Of a stretch of DNA of 64,000 nt, positions 1 through 11,481 are shown piece by piece (within the stretch, counting starts at the first letter, position 1; every line of letters starts with the position of its first letter). The translations under genes and the position numbers were made by a program. The notes under the pieces are model-generated. The model searched no databases. It saw only the letters and a list, made by a program, of their open reading frames with translations, and was not told where the DNA came from. The DNA is from Tubiluchus corallicola. Lineage: Eukaryota > Animalia > Priapulida. The stretch is from NCBI GenBank assembly GCA_030141605.1, contig JAQGDQ010000103.1, forward strand, positions 310,001-374,000, in the 5' to 3' direction.

Positions 1-169
1 CCAGTTCATTTATAATAAACGCTGAACTTTAAACGTCTAACGCATTCAGGCTTGCGAATTTTCTATCGCGAATTTTTGTCTATGACAGCAAACTTCGTCA
101 AGTGACAAGAAAATGACAGAATCCGAATGGAGACGTTAATAAACCGGTAACAACAACTACATTACATAC

Positions 170-257
170 CGGTGCAGCAAGGAAGCAGCGATGATTCCAA
201 CTATGACGATGACTGCTGAAACTATCGAGACTACAGCTATGATAACCGAAAACTGCT
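170..257 (-). CDS. NPR-like receptor coding exon 8 (transmembrane helix)
   Basis: Acceptor tttttcag|, (E)QFSVIIAVVSIVSAVIVIVGIIAASLLH(R), donor |gtatgt; phase matches exon 7. Confidence 0.85.
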
Positions 258-384
258 CTGAAAAATAGTGAGAAGAATTCCGAAACATGATAGAAATGTA
301 TTAATTATAAAAGTGAAACCAATTAACAAACAATTTAGAGAGACTCTACAAGTTCTTTTTGACAAAAAGCAATGTAAATTTATT

Positions 385-915
385 TACCTATGATACCAAG
401 TGTTGCAAAAATAAATTTTTCTATGATATACAGTGTTGTAGAAATAATTGTTACCATGATGCACAGTGCTACAGAAATAATTGTTTCTATGATGCAAGGT
501 GCTGCAGACTTGTTTTTGTGGTACAAAGTTCTGTAGAAATAGTTGTTTCTATGATACAAAATGGTGCAGAAATAATCGTATATGGTATACAGTGCTGTAG
601 AATACAAAGGATACTAGGATACAAAGTGCTATAATTTTTTTCTGTCTGTGGTTGCAATTTTTCCATGGTGTAAAAGTGCTGCACAAATTCTTCTCTGTGG
701 ATATAATGTACAATATAAATCATTTTCTGTGGTACAACAGTGTTGTACATAAATTCTTTTCTGAGGTATATCATGGATCATTTTCTGTGGTACAAATGTG
801 CTGTACATCAATTCTTTTCTGACATACATTATGGATCATTTTCTGTGGTCCAAATGTGTTGCGCATGTTGTGGTACACAAAATGTTGCATAAAATCTTTT
901 CTGTGGTACTAAACT
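385..915. repeat. Degenerate ~33-bp minisatellite
   Basis: Repeated tttctatgatac..agtgttgtagaaataattg and ttttctgtggtacaa units; gives the 11-aa periodicity seen in ORF 359-634. Confidence 0.75.
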
Positions 916-2549
916 GCTTTACTTCGCACAATGGAAGTAAAGACGTTGAAGGCATTGATTTTTTGAAAAATTACTAATCATTTACACCTACAATTCCAGT
1001 ATGTCACGACACTTTATACTTCAATTGTATATGAGTACTAGGTTGCAGCACATTCTTTTGTGCAATATGTAACAATCTCATTAGTCTTGGCAAGTTTACT
1101 CATAATTAATTTGGTCTGTATTATCGATTATCTATGACCTTACAAACAACGCTAGTCTATCACATCTGTGGTTGTCCAATTGTAAACACCACATCATAAA
1201 TAGAGGCAGTAGAATTGTTTAGAAGCAGGTGATGGTTTTTATTACAAATGTTTTATTACAGTCTTTTATAATGAATACTGATGAATTGTTTGCTGTGTTC
1301 TGCTTGCTATGTGCACATTTGCCTTTGCATGTATGCAATAATCACAAGAGTACGGGAGGACGTTTCACAAGGGGGGGGGGGGGCATAGGGAATTTGCACT
1401 GAAAATTTTCTAAGTTGCCCTAGTTTGAGGACGGCAGTCATCTCTTGGCACCCATATAGTAATTGCAGTAGTAATAGTACTTAAATGCAAGAAGTCCAAA
1501 TTATAAAAACATTTTGCCGAAAACAAACGCAGAATGTTTGCATTTTCGCTGAACAAACCCGCAGATATTTTCACAATACTTTTTTAACGTTTCAGAAATT
1601 CAAAAGAACTAATTGTGACGGTTAATGTTTTCCTTTTGCAAACATGTCTATAACTTTGCCAGCAGGTTGGGGAGCATGTACTTAACAAGTGTTAAAAGGG
1701 CTTATGAGATTTAGTTAATTAAAATTGATAGCAGGCACATAACTTTACAATTATTAAAACTTAAAAACAGGTCGTTGTATAAAAAACACTTTAATTGCAG
1801 CCAATGAAAAGAGGTAGGCCTAATGCAGTACGTAAGTAATTTTTGAATAGTGAAATCTCAAATTTTGAAATTTTAAAACAGAATTATTTGCCCTGTAAAT
1901 AATCAGCTTTTGCCCTGAAAATATATAATTCACTTGTCCCGGGAGGGCAGACTTGCCGAGTTTTAGTATAACACACTGAATAACTTACAGTAGTACTGTA
2001 CTTCAATTTTCGCTTTCGCAAACACGTGCAACATGCTCGCGGAATATTTTTGCTTTCGATGATTATATTAGTTTGTGATGTCACCAATAGCCCTTCATTA
2101 AGTTTTTAATCTATTATTTAAATATCAGAAACGCTTTTGCAGTATTAATTGTGTTAAAATGTATACTTTTATCGGGCTTGAAAATGGGGTGGTATATGAA
2201 AAATCATCCTGTCTTCCTTTAAATTTAAACGATTGCATGACCTCATCATTTAACGCCGTCTACAGTTTCTCCAACTTTGCTGCATCAATAAGTGCTCCAG
2301 TGCAAGCATTCTTCCGGTTTAGCTTTAATTTGCACAACATGTTTCTGAAAAAGGCTTCATAAGACGTCTCCCAGGTCCCGGCCTCCTAGCTGACTCTTGA
2401 CTCCTGATTTCGTGACGTGGTAGCAACCCCAATTGTAAGTGGATGTTATCTTTGGTGCTGGTATTGATGTTAGTGTTGAATGCTGTTACTGCCGTTGAGG
2501 CTGTTGCTAAACTATGATTCTGGTTTTCTTTTTTATATGCATATTTTAC

Positions 2550-2777
2550 CATCTTCTTGGCATCCGTCACCCCGGTATCCACATGGTGGAACATCTGGAA
2601 TAGGTCCATCACGCCCAGGCCAGTGGATGTGCACATCAGGTAGCAACATGACTGTCTTATTGGAAGCATAATAGTTTGCCACCACCCTGAGCTCTCCAGT
2701 CTCTGGATCTAAGTCTCGTAGAGAGAAATCAGAATCTCGATCACCCTGATCATCTACGACAACATTACCAGTGACAC
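2550..2777 (-). CDS. NPR-like receptor coding exon 7
   Basis: Acceptor cttcacag|, (G)VTGNVVVDDQGDRDSDFSLRDLDPETGELRVVANYY...IHWPGRDGPIPDVPPCGYRGDGCQED, donor G|gtaaaa. Confidence 0.9.
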
Positions 2778-3896
2778 CTGTGAAGAGAAAAGACGAAGAA
2801 GGTAAACTAAACGTATTCGTTCCCTTTGAAACATAAAAAGACTTTTAGAGACAAAGACCTTTAATTGTTTTTCAATTCATCATATTATGGTTTTCAACAG
2901 AGAATGATGAAGTTGTGCTTATCATCTTGCAAGTCAAGGCAATATTTAACTTTTTCAGGACCGCAACATTCAAAATAAGGCCTATGACTTTTCTACTACT
3001 GTATGAGCACAGACATAACTAAATGATTACAAAATATGTAATGTTCTATTCAAGAGAATATCAGCTATCCAATCATGTATTTGTTTAAACATTTATAAGT
3101 GGTTTAATTGAATAAAATTAAGCACTTTTCAGACACTCCAACTTAGCTTATTGAGTAGCTTAGTCTGATGTACACTTACATGATCGTGCACACTAATTTA
3201 TTGATCGCCTGCTTGCTACAGCAGAGTTCTGCTGCTATTCCAGGAAAAACCAACTAATCAGCCAAGGACAAATTAAGGTCGTTTTATCTTTTAATGGGGA
3301 TTTCTCTTTAAAAATAGAGTAGACTTGAGGCCAAAGTCTATCAGTGTGTTGTGTCTGGATAGTTGAAATTTTCTGCATTAGTTGATTTCACACAAGTGAT
3401 ACTGTTCATTCTTACAGTGCAAACACTTAATTACTGAAAGCTATTTTTCGTAAAAAATCGATTTTTAATTTGCCTAAGATGCAAATTGCTTTTCATATAT
3501 CATTTTGCATGAAAATCCTACAAAAATTATCAAATATAACGTAATCCCTGCTTAGTGAAAGCAGTTTTGAACACCTGTAAGATGCCTACGTGGAAGCTGA
3601 AGAGCAAGAAACGGGAGTTTTAAAGTATATCCCAAAGAACTTTCCATGGCTGCGCCCAACGATCATCCAGTTAGCTTAAATTTACACGTTTTATACAGCG
3701 TTACTGCAAGCGCAAGTTCTGTATGCAATAAGACACGTGTGAGTAACATAAAATTTTCAAGACGATTTTTAAACTTTATTTATGAAGAGTGTTTTCGTGC
3801 TTTATCCATAAAAAATTTGTAGGTGGTAGGAACTAAAGCTCTTCTTATAAATATACTGTCGTTGAGCTTTATCTAATCATCTAATTGTCTCCTGAC

Positions 3897-4035
3897 CTTT
3901 GAAAGTTTGATTCCACATGTATCTATGAGAAATCTCTCTTCCATCTAGTGGATTGCCCCCAGCATGGAGAGACCGATTTAGAGCCAGTGCATAAAGAATG
4001 TAACAATCGTGAAGACTTCCTACATAATAATTCAC
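3897..4035 (-). CDS. NPR-like receptor coding exon 6
   Basis: Acceptor ttgcag|, VNYYVGSLHDCYILYALALNRSLHAGGNPLDGREISHRYMWNQTFK(G), donor |gtcagg. Confidence 0.9.
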
Positions 4036-4800
4036 CTGCAATGGGAATTGAACTGATGATTTAAGCGCTCCTTCAACGGGATAACAAAAACAGTATTAAT
4101 TTAACAGTATAGATATTGGAAACGTATTTCCGAAAGGGCAAATATTGTATATATACAAAGTTAAAGCCAGATTTATTCTATTGTAACTTGTTAAGGCTAA
4201 TTACAAAGTGTTCTGTATATAGCAAAAACGTAGTCTTCTGTAGCTTAATTGTATGATAAATAACTTTAAAGCCAATTGAATCGCTACTTTCACCGGTTCA
4301 TTAACTATGTAATTGCCTAAATGCATATGATGTTATAAAAATGTAGGGAAAAGGTAAGGAATATATCCCACGGAAAACCTGTCGGATGCATAAAAGGCTA
4401 GGAAAGGTTTTTCTCGTAGAGGTCGCCTCTAAAGTACTTATATAGTACGTAACTGTGCCCAGAGTAAACAGATACTAACAATTATTATTATAAAATCAAT
4501 GTGACGTCTAGCCTTTATTTTGTATTATTACTGTGTGTTGTGATGTTTAATCAATCGTTCCTTGCTTTTATTTTATCTCTAGCTAGGAACTACTATGAAG
4601 ATCAACAAAACACTTCTTTCTAATAATATACTTTTCGAGAACTCCCTTTAGATACAAAAAACATCAGTCTAGTGACATTAAACTCCCACATTTCAAGAGC
4701 AAATACATGCCAAAAAAATTCTTAAGATCTCGACAATAGATCTATAATACAATTTGAAGCTGCATTGTGTTAAAACTCAATAACTATCCTCGTTAACTAC

Positions 4801-4935
4801 CTCATTGTCGCCATAGTCATAGCCATACTCCTCCAATGATCTCCGTTTGACTTCTCTAGCGAATTTTTTGTACTCTTCGTCGGCAGGTTTCAAGAGGGAC
4901 AAAACTAAGAGGTATTCAAAAGCTTTGCGAGCGAT
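4801..4935 (-). CDS. NPR-like receptor coding exon 5
   Basis: Acceptor ttccaacag|, IARKAFEYLLVLSLLKPADEEYKKFAREVKRRSLEEYGYDYGDNE, donor |gtagtt; 135 nt. Confidence 0.9.
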
Positions 4936-5955
4936 CTGTTGGAAAAGATGAAATTATTATTTTTAATTACATTACTTTAATAGACTTGGCATCATATGTC
5001 AATTTATCCATTACATTAATGTTAATTTTTACTCCATTATATTAATACTATTACAGCTAATAATAGTAAGTAATATAGACGGCTAGTTCACGACTTATGA
5101 ATTTTATAAACATACATAATTCATTAAATATCCACAATTTTCCAGGAGTGCAGCAATAATTATTAATTTTTTGTTTCTAAACATTTTCAGTTTATTACAT
5201 CAAGAAACTAGTTAACGGCAAATTTTGTCTTTGCGCATTTTTAAATATGACTTTTTCATGATCTTTTGTGTCGAAATCCTAAACTTTCACGGAATTAACA
5301 CTCCACTTCGCAATCAGTAGGCCTAAAGTTGCCTGATGATTTAAAGGGATATTTGCCATATAAACACAAAAAACTATTAATAAGTAATCCACTGATAATA
5401 ACATTTCCTTGAGAAAAATGTCAACAGCCAGACGGGGAATTGAACCTGGCTCTTACTGATTATCAGTCGAACGTACTAAAAATTCCAACAATGCAGTCAT
5501 ACTAGCTTTCTCAAAACAAGCATAAAATAATAAGCCTTTTCACAGTTTTGTTGTGCGCACACGCCGTTGTTGTAAGTCAAAGGTTAAGTATAGCAACGCA
5601 ACTTAACTACAACAGTCAAGTGACGTGTGGGTAAAGCAAAGCCGTCTGACTCATCAGTTCAGTAACTTCAGTTGCTTTACGTGGAGTTCACTAAATTATG
5701 CATTAGTCTTTGCGTAGTGTGTCTGACTAGCAGGATCTTGCTTTGGAACAAGAAAAAATGAAATAGGGAAGGTTCTAGCTAAATGTTAAAACTGTTACTA
5801 TTACAATTTCATGGGCTGCGAGACGTTTTCAAGTGTACCCAAATGTGTTGTCTGGTACACTTAACCTTTGACCTTTTCACGATCATCATCAATCGCTGGA
5901 ACGATGAATAGGTTTAATACCAATGCCAATACGTCATAGAAAACCGTAGATCTAC

Positions 5956-6116
5956 CTCGTCATTTGAATCATTTCTGTACCAATGCATGTTGCCCCAATA
6001 AGCGGTCTGGAACAGCTCGTTGGACAGGTAAACGAAATCAGGTGTCATTAGACCCATTTTGTAAGCTTCAATGAGAATTTCCCGAGTAATGTCAGCATGT
6101 GCCGTTACAACGATTA
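5956..6116 (-). CDS. NPR-like receptor coding exon 4
   Basis: Acceptor tttctttag|, (V)IVVTAHADITREILIEAYKMGLMTPDFVYLSNELFQTAYWGNMHWYRNDSNDE, donor |gtagat. Confidence 0.88.
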
Positions 6117-6302
6117 CTAAAGAAACATAAAATAAAAATCATCATCGTCGTCGTCATCGTTACAGTCATTGCTTTCCTTCTCCCTTCCTTCTTTTATGGA
6201 GTACCACATCCTTTTCAAAAGCTTCATCATCATAGGTATTGTGAACTGGCACCACAGTCTCTAGTACTGTTACATGTGCCTTAGCAGACATAATATTTCA
6301 TG

Positions 6303-6915
6303 TTAAAGGAAAGGTCAAGCCTTCTGAAAAGATAGGCTTATTTCAATGTTGCTTGAAGGATTTAGTAATAAAAGGCGAAAAGCTGCTTCTTAAAGGAAAA
6401 TCTGGCACAATCTTAAACTGTACGTCAAAACAATCTGCTCTTTAAAATATTGAAAGAAAACGTGAAAGAATTGTTACTACACAAACATAATTTCACGTTC
6501 ACGCCATTCTTCGCTGTTACACGCATTTCGCCATTCGCTAGTTAGCCGGGCATTAGCCCCTGCATTTCATAGACTCGTTGCACAAGAAACAGGTGCTGTT
6601 CCTCTCAGTTCAGATGTGTTTGTGACGTACTACACACGTTCCACAGCTCATGAGTGAACACAGCAGTAAATTTGAAGTTTGTGTTTTTATCCTAAAACTT
6701 GTCGAGTTTTAGTACAACGCACTGAATCTCTTACATTAGCACTGTACTTCAATTTCGCTTTTGTAAACACGTGTAACACGCTCGAGGAATATTTTTGCTG
6801 TTGAAAAAGTTTGTGACGTCATCAATAGTTTAGCTCGCCCGCCGTTAATTAAGATTTTAATTTATTGTTTAATTATCAGAAACTCTTTTGCAGTATTATT
6901 GACCATAATGTAAAC
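6303..6915 (+). mobile_element. Family C 5' end (6303-6389) followed directly by a family B copy (6390-6915)
   Basis: ttaaaggaaaggtcaagccttc... followed by ttaaaggaaaatctgg... with the family B body. Confidence 0.65.
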
Positions 6916-7191
6916 TGGTTGATTTCTTTATTGCTTTACTGCCATGTATTGAGTGATTTATACGTCAACGTGGCTGTTTTTCAATTGACGATTAGCCAAC
7001 ATTGTTCCGGCATTTAAATTTTTTAACATTACCGTATCTTGGGGTCGTGTATGTAATTCTAAGCTTTTGGAAACTCTAAAAATAACCCAAAACAAAATTC
7101 TTAAACTAATATATCATCTAAGATATGATCATCCCACAAATATAATTTACTTTCTTTTAAAACTGGTAAAGTGAAAGAAATATATAACATT

Positions 7192-7671
7192 GATATATAT
7201 ATATATATATATATATATGAATGAATGTATGTATGTATGTATGTATGTATGTATGTATGTATGTATGTATGTATGTATGTATGTATGTATGTATGTATGT
7301 ATGTATGTATGTATGTATGTATGAATGTATGTATGTATGTATGTATGTATGTATGTATGTATGTATGTATGTATGTATGTATGTATGTATGTATGTATGT
7401 ATGTATGTATGTATGTATGTATGTATGTATGTATGTATGTATGTATGTATGTATGTATGTATGTATGTATGTATGTATGTATGTATGTATGTATGTATGT
7501 ATGTATGTATGTATGTATGTATGTATGTATGTATGTATGTATGTATGTATGTATGTATGTATGTATGTATGTATGTATGTATGTATGTATGTATGTATGT
7601 ATGTATGTATGTATGTATGTATGTATGTATGTATGTATGTATGTATGTATGTATGTATGTATGTATGTATG

Positions 7672-7705
<34 letters not shown>

Positions 7706-7843
7706 TGTATGTATGTATGTATGTATGTATGTATGTATGTATGCATGTATGTATGTATGCATGTATGCATGTATGTATGTATGCATGCATGCATGTATGC
7801 ATGCATGCATGTATGCATGCATGCATGTATGTATGTATGTATG
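7192..7843. repeat. (TA)n followed by a long (TATG)n/(TGCA) microsatellite
   Basis: Directly visible. Confidence 0.98.
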
Positions 7844-8790
7844 AAATGTACAAATATCATAATTCACTTCTTTCAGGAGCTTTGCAGTCTTACTTTAGTC
7901 CAGTTTCAAGTCAACATGATCATTACACGAGATATAATGAAACAGTCACTAAAATATAATGATATTAAAATATGGTCATCAATTCTGCGTGAAATGAAAA
8001 CTCTTAGCCTTTATCAATTTAAAAAAGAATCAAAGAAATACTTATTACAACAGCATAATTAATTCACCACAATTTGACTCATTATGATCTTAAGTTCCTA
8101 ACAAAACTTGTTGTGCTCAAATTTGTATGTTATAACTTATGAGAATTCCAATGTAATATTAATTGTCAATTGTTGCACTTATTTGGAGAAGAACCCGAAA
8201 GCATAATGCTCCTTCCTCCTCCTCACTGCGATTCGCATATTTTATGTGTTAACAATTTGTGTGTATGATTTACTGTGAAACAAATTTATAATTCAATTAT
8301 AAATTTGTTTAACATGCAAAAGTTTTTCGGCCATAACACGAAAGCAGTTCAAACTATAAATTTGTAAGTTTCAAGGCCAAAAGCTAATGTATTGTACTAT
8401 CATGTTGTGAAATTCCAACTTTATAGCGCACTGGCTACTGATAATATTATTGTCTAAACTCGGTGCATTTTTTCTGCTTCAGCCAATATGTGGCGAATCA
8501 TTACGTGCTATCTAACCCTACTAGCTGGCTTAAATTATATTCCACACATGGCGTCTTGTTTGAAAATGAGGAATATACTCGGCGTAATCAATTCTAGCCA
8601 CGAATACAGGATATTAGCTGCAAATATTGACACTTGTTACATCAGTATTTGCTGATCGAATTAGAGAACTGTTGAGATACCTGTTCAATCTTTGAATGGC
8701 TTCCTTCACGAAAATGATATCCCAGAATCCGTCACAGTTCGAAAATATAATTGCAGTTATTGTACAGCAGTTAAACATAAAAAACTCTGT

Positions 8791-9696
8791 TTAAGGAAAA
8801 CAGGATGATTCCTCACATCCTACTTCATTTTGAAGTAAGGTAACAAGTACACATCTCAACACCTGTAACAACGCCAAAACGGTTCCGATAATTAAATATA
8901 ATGTTAAAAACTTTATTACCGGAGAGCCAGCCCAAGTACTGATGAAGTCACAACTGAACATAATTTTCAACAACGCAAACATTTCAAAAGCGTCTTTGCG
9001 AAAGCGAAAATTGAAGTGTAGAGTGATACCATACACCATTCAATGTGATATACAAAGACTCGACAAATTTTAGGTACAAAATTGAAATTTCAAGTTTACC
9101 GTTTAACACAGCGGTAAACTTGAAACTTGAAATTTTTGAACCTAAAATTTGCCGAGTTTTTGTGTGAACTATCCGGCATGTGCACTACATCACAACTGAA
9201 CACCTCTAAACTGAAAGGTACAGCATCTGCATTTTGTACAGCGCGTTTTTGAGATGCCGGCGCAAGTGCCCAACTAACTAGCGAATGGCAAAATACATAT
9301 AACAGCAAAGAACTAGACTCACGTTTTGGCGTTCCCATTTTGAATGCCAATTATACCACTAATGACGTCATTTGTGGACTGATTAAAGCAATGTAAAATT
9401 AGACATCTAATTTCGTGACATTTCTGCTTGAATATTAGGTGCGTTGCAGAAATTTGAATTAGTTTAAGCAGCTTACGCTTACAGAACGTTACGATTCACT
9501 AACGAAAAGTCAATTTTCAATTTTCAGTTGAATGGCGGCAGCCAACGCACCTGAAAATTTCTACACAGCGGCAGTATAAATTAACTTTATGCTTTATAAA
9601 CAGTGTTTTTGCAAACTACTTTGTTATATTTTTCTAAGTTTAAGTGATAACAGTACAATTAACCCAAAGTGCCAAGTGACTTGTCCTTTCCTTTAA
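8791..9696. mobile_element. Composite of reverse family B (8791-9330) and family C 3' half (9330-9696)
   Basis: Left end TTAAGGAAAACAGGATGATT is the reverse complement of the family B end; the right part matches 23000-23392 and ends cctttcctTTAA. Confidence 0.6.
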
Positions 9697-10088
9697 AATT
9701 TTAAAATAAAATTGCTTAAATTATTGGCACAAAATTTCTAGAAATTAAGTTTCACATCTTGTCTTTAGTTTTTTCCCACAAAATGGCACCTTAATTATCA
9801 CTCACAGCTGCAATGTTTATTTTTCACGTATCATTTAAGTCTACCGTCCTCCTAAATTGTAAGCAGTTAATTGCTTTTATGGCTGTTTTTTACGTTGCCA
9901 AATTACACGTAACAAAAGCAATCAGAAGCCAGCTGCAATTTCATACTTGAAACAGACGTTGTAATAAGTACCATAATGGTATAGATTTCAATAAACTTTG
10001 TACCTGATATTACGTTTAGTTGTTTGAATTATTCTGCCGCTGTCTGCACTCTTATTGTTTTCTTCGCAATATTTTCCTGTTTCAGTTT

Positions 10089-10350
10089 CGGCGCGTTCAC
10101 ACCAGCGAGTTTTCACGTCCAGCAACTTACACGCGTGTTCGGGCTATAGAGCAAAACATGATGCGAGTTACTCTCCGAATGTAAGCTGCGAGAAGTGTCA
10201 AGAGTAACTTGTGCAGACGAGACAGTAACTTGCAGAAAACCAAGTAGCAGCAACTGTCGGCTACGGAGAGATTGCAACAGGTTGTTGACAGCAACTCGCA
10301 AAGCAGTACGCAAAACTCACGATAGAAAATTCCCTAGTCTGAACGCGTCG
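10089..10350. mobile_element. Harbinger-like MITE
   Basis: Imperfect TIR cggcgcgttcacaccagcgagtttt / aaaattccctagtctgaacgcgtcg; related ends near 40-75 and 20950-21004. Confidence 0.6.
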
Positions 10351-10533
10351 TTGGGACTATGATCTACAGCTATGGCCTTTCAAGCAGCAATTCAAAAAAT
10401 GTGCACGTTTCAGCTTATAAACATTGACTTCTGTAGATTATCCGCAAATGTTTTTGTACTGAAGTTAAATGATTACCAAATAAGTTATACTGAATTATAA
10501 AAATGTAAAATTTATGCTATAGTTGGCACTCGC

Positions 10534-10729
10534 CTCTTGCAGTCAGAGCTGCTTGACTTAGCAGATCCTGATAATTGACATCATCAGAGAATCCCACGAA
10601 GGGAAACCGAGTTGCAGGATATTTGTACTTCTCCAGTTCCTTGTAAAGACTAGGACCAACAATGTTGCTGAACGTGAACGCTTGATCATAGATGATGGCG
10701 ATGTGTCTCCATCCATAAAAACTGAACAC
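10534..10729 (-). CDS. NPR-like receptor coding exon 3 (GC donor)
   Basis: Acceptor ctag|, VFSFYGWRHIAIIYDQAF...LLSQAALTAR; donor G|GCGAGT is required for frame with the next exon. Confidence 0.87.
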
Positions 10730-10983
10730 CTAGAACAAATATCGTCTTTTATAGCTTCAAAAGTAGTGATCAGTATTTTACTCTTGAATGGGATAATATT
10801 TTTGCTAAATAAAATCGCTTTAATTAAGAAGAGCTCGTAAGAAACGATTCAGTCCAGATCCGGTTCGAATTATTTGTCTGTTTGTGCGAATTCCGTAGCT
10901 TAAAGAGAAGCTCCAAAAGATGGTGAAGATAGAGGATTTGAATTTCATCCACAAGAGTATCCAATTTGTTTCCGATCTTCATC

Positions 10984-10984
<1 letters not shown>

Positions 10985-11039
<55 letters not shown>

Positions 11040-11056
11040 CTTATTCCCTCTCTCTC

Positions 11057-11108
<52 letters not shown>
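10985..11108. repeat. (CT)n microsatellite
   Basis: Directly visible. Confidence 0.97.
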
Positions 11109-11111
<3 letters not shown>

Positions 11112-11344
11112 ACCTGTGGTATTACATTCTTTTCATTCTTGCGATTTACTTCTTTTCAATAAACAACTGTCACAGTTTCTAGATAGATAGTAGCGCAGTG
11201 TTTTGTTACTAATCGACCATTGGCTGATGAAAGTGGCACAGTATTAAAACCCGTGTGGCGGTGGTCTGTAGAAAGGTGTTCATACAGACAATCCAAATAA
11301 CGAAAAACTAAGCGTAGATGAACAACACTAATAGACTGTCTTAC

Positions 11345-11481
11345 CTTTTCAAAGAACGTAGACAATCTACCTACATTGTAAGAAAGTCGCGTTAATGTTG
11401 AATATTTGCTCTTGTCACCCAGACTAGCTGACGTTCCGACTGAAGTTATTAGAGGTAAATTCCAATAAGCTGCAGTTCGAC
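11345..11481 (-). CDS. NPR-like receptor coding exon 2
   Basis: Acceptor tttag|, (G)RTAAYWNLPLITSVGTSASLGDKSKYSTLTRLSYNVGRLSTFFEK, donor |gtaaga; 137 nt. Confidence 0.9.

Noticed and set aside
359-829. Cys-rich repetitive ORFs (metallothionein-like)
   Set aside because: They arise from a ~33-bp minisatellite in a receptor intron and are open on both strands.
2325-2669. ORF-track proteins at 2325-2669 and 2480-2671
   Set aside because: Wrong frames overlapping true receptor exon 7 (2550-2777).
7101-8062. Six long ORFs (YIHT / MYVC repeats)
   Set aside because: Translations of a (TATG)n microsatellite.
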